From Harriotta raleighana (lineage: Eukaryota), in NCBI GenBank assembly GCA_050575255.1, contig JBNZDD010013730.1, positions 4,455,316 to 4,519,315 of the forward strand: a stretch of DNA of 64,000 nt. Reading direction: 5' to 3'. The notes under the pieces were generated by a model. That model was not told where the DNA came from. It did no database searches and saw only the letters and a program-made list of their open reading frames with translations. The first letter of the stretch is position 1. Each line of letters starts with the position of its first letter. Made by a program: the position numbers and the translations under genes. Positions 63,856 through 64,000 of this stretch are shown here, piece after piece.

Positions 63856-63900
63856 GGAGAACACGGGGACACGGGGATTATTGGCAAGCATAGCGAACCG
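63856..63900 (+). CDS. COL24A1: COL24A1 45-nt exon GEHGDTGIIGKHSEP (last triplet starts with Ser)
   Basis: aaaacag| ... CCG|gtaggt; AGC at 63892-63894 occupies a Gly position. Confidence 0.9.
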
Positions 63901-64000
63901 GTAGGTTATTGACTATTTAAAAAATCCACTTTGTTTATGCATTTCCCCCGTGAAGACTGACTGTGTTTTCAATCAAGCAAAGCAATTTGCGTCCGGTTTA

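Noticed and set aside
63861-63876. Tandem acacgggg x2 inside the last exon
   Set aside because: Exon length (45 nt) and frame are normal; explained by Gly codon periodicity.

Overview
AT-rich vertebrate genomic DNA. The repeat landscape (tRNA-headed Deu-domain SINEs, L2 and CR1 LINE fragments, LF-SINE-like relics) suggests a cartilaginous fish such as a chimaera; this is inference. The whole window lies inside one + strand gene, a clade-C fibrillar collagen that I identify as COL24A1. I can read a 1409-nt exon (4935-6343; TSPN/LamG domain, Ser/Thr-rich then acidic Tyr-rich variable region, first Gly-X-Y triplets). It is followed by 21 phase-0 exons of 54 nt (14) or 45 nt (7) that splice into a 357-aa collagen region. 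The signal-peptide exons and the 3' part of the gene are outside the window. The introns hold many SINE/LINE fragments, a probable Gypsy-type LTR with a tRNA-Leu PBS at the left edge, and a possible hAT fossil. Several duplications separated by a single 'n' look like assembly artefacts. The best leads are: (1) a dense RBFOX (UGCAUG) plus NOVA (YCAY) cluster around the one exon that encodes the helix interruption, whose in-frame skipping would fuse the minor and major helices; (2) complementary C-rich and G-rich tracts that could hide the acceptor of the 50119 exon; (3) a Gly-to-Ser change in the major helix; (4) a perfect 26-bp palindrome and a strong CTCF motif. No prokaryotic features are present, and most ORF-track entries are noise.
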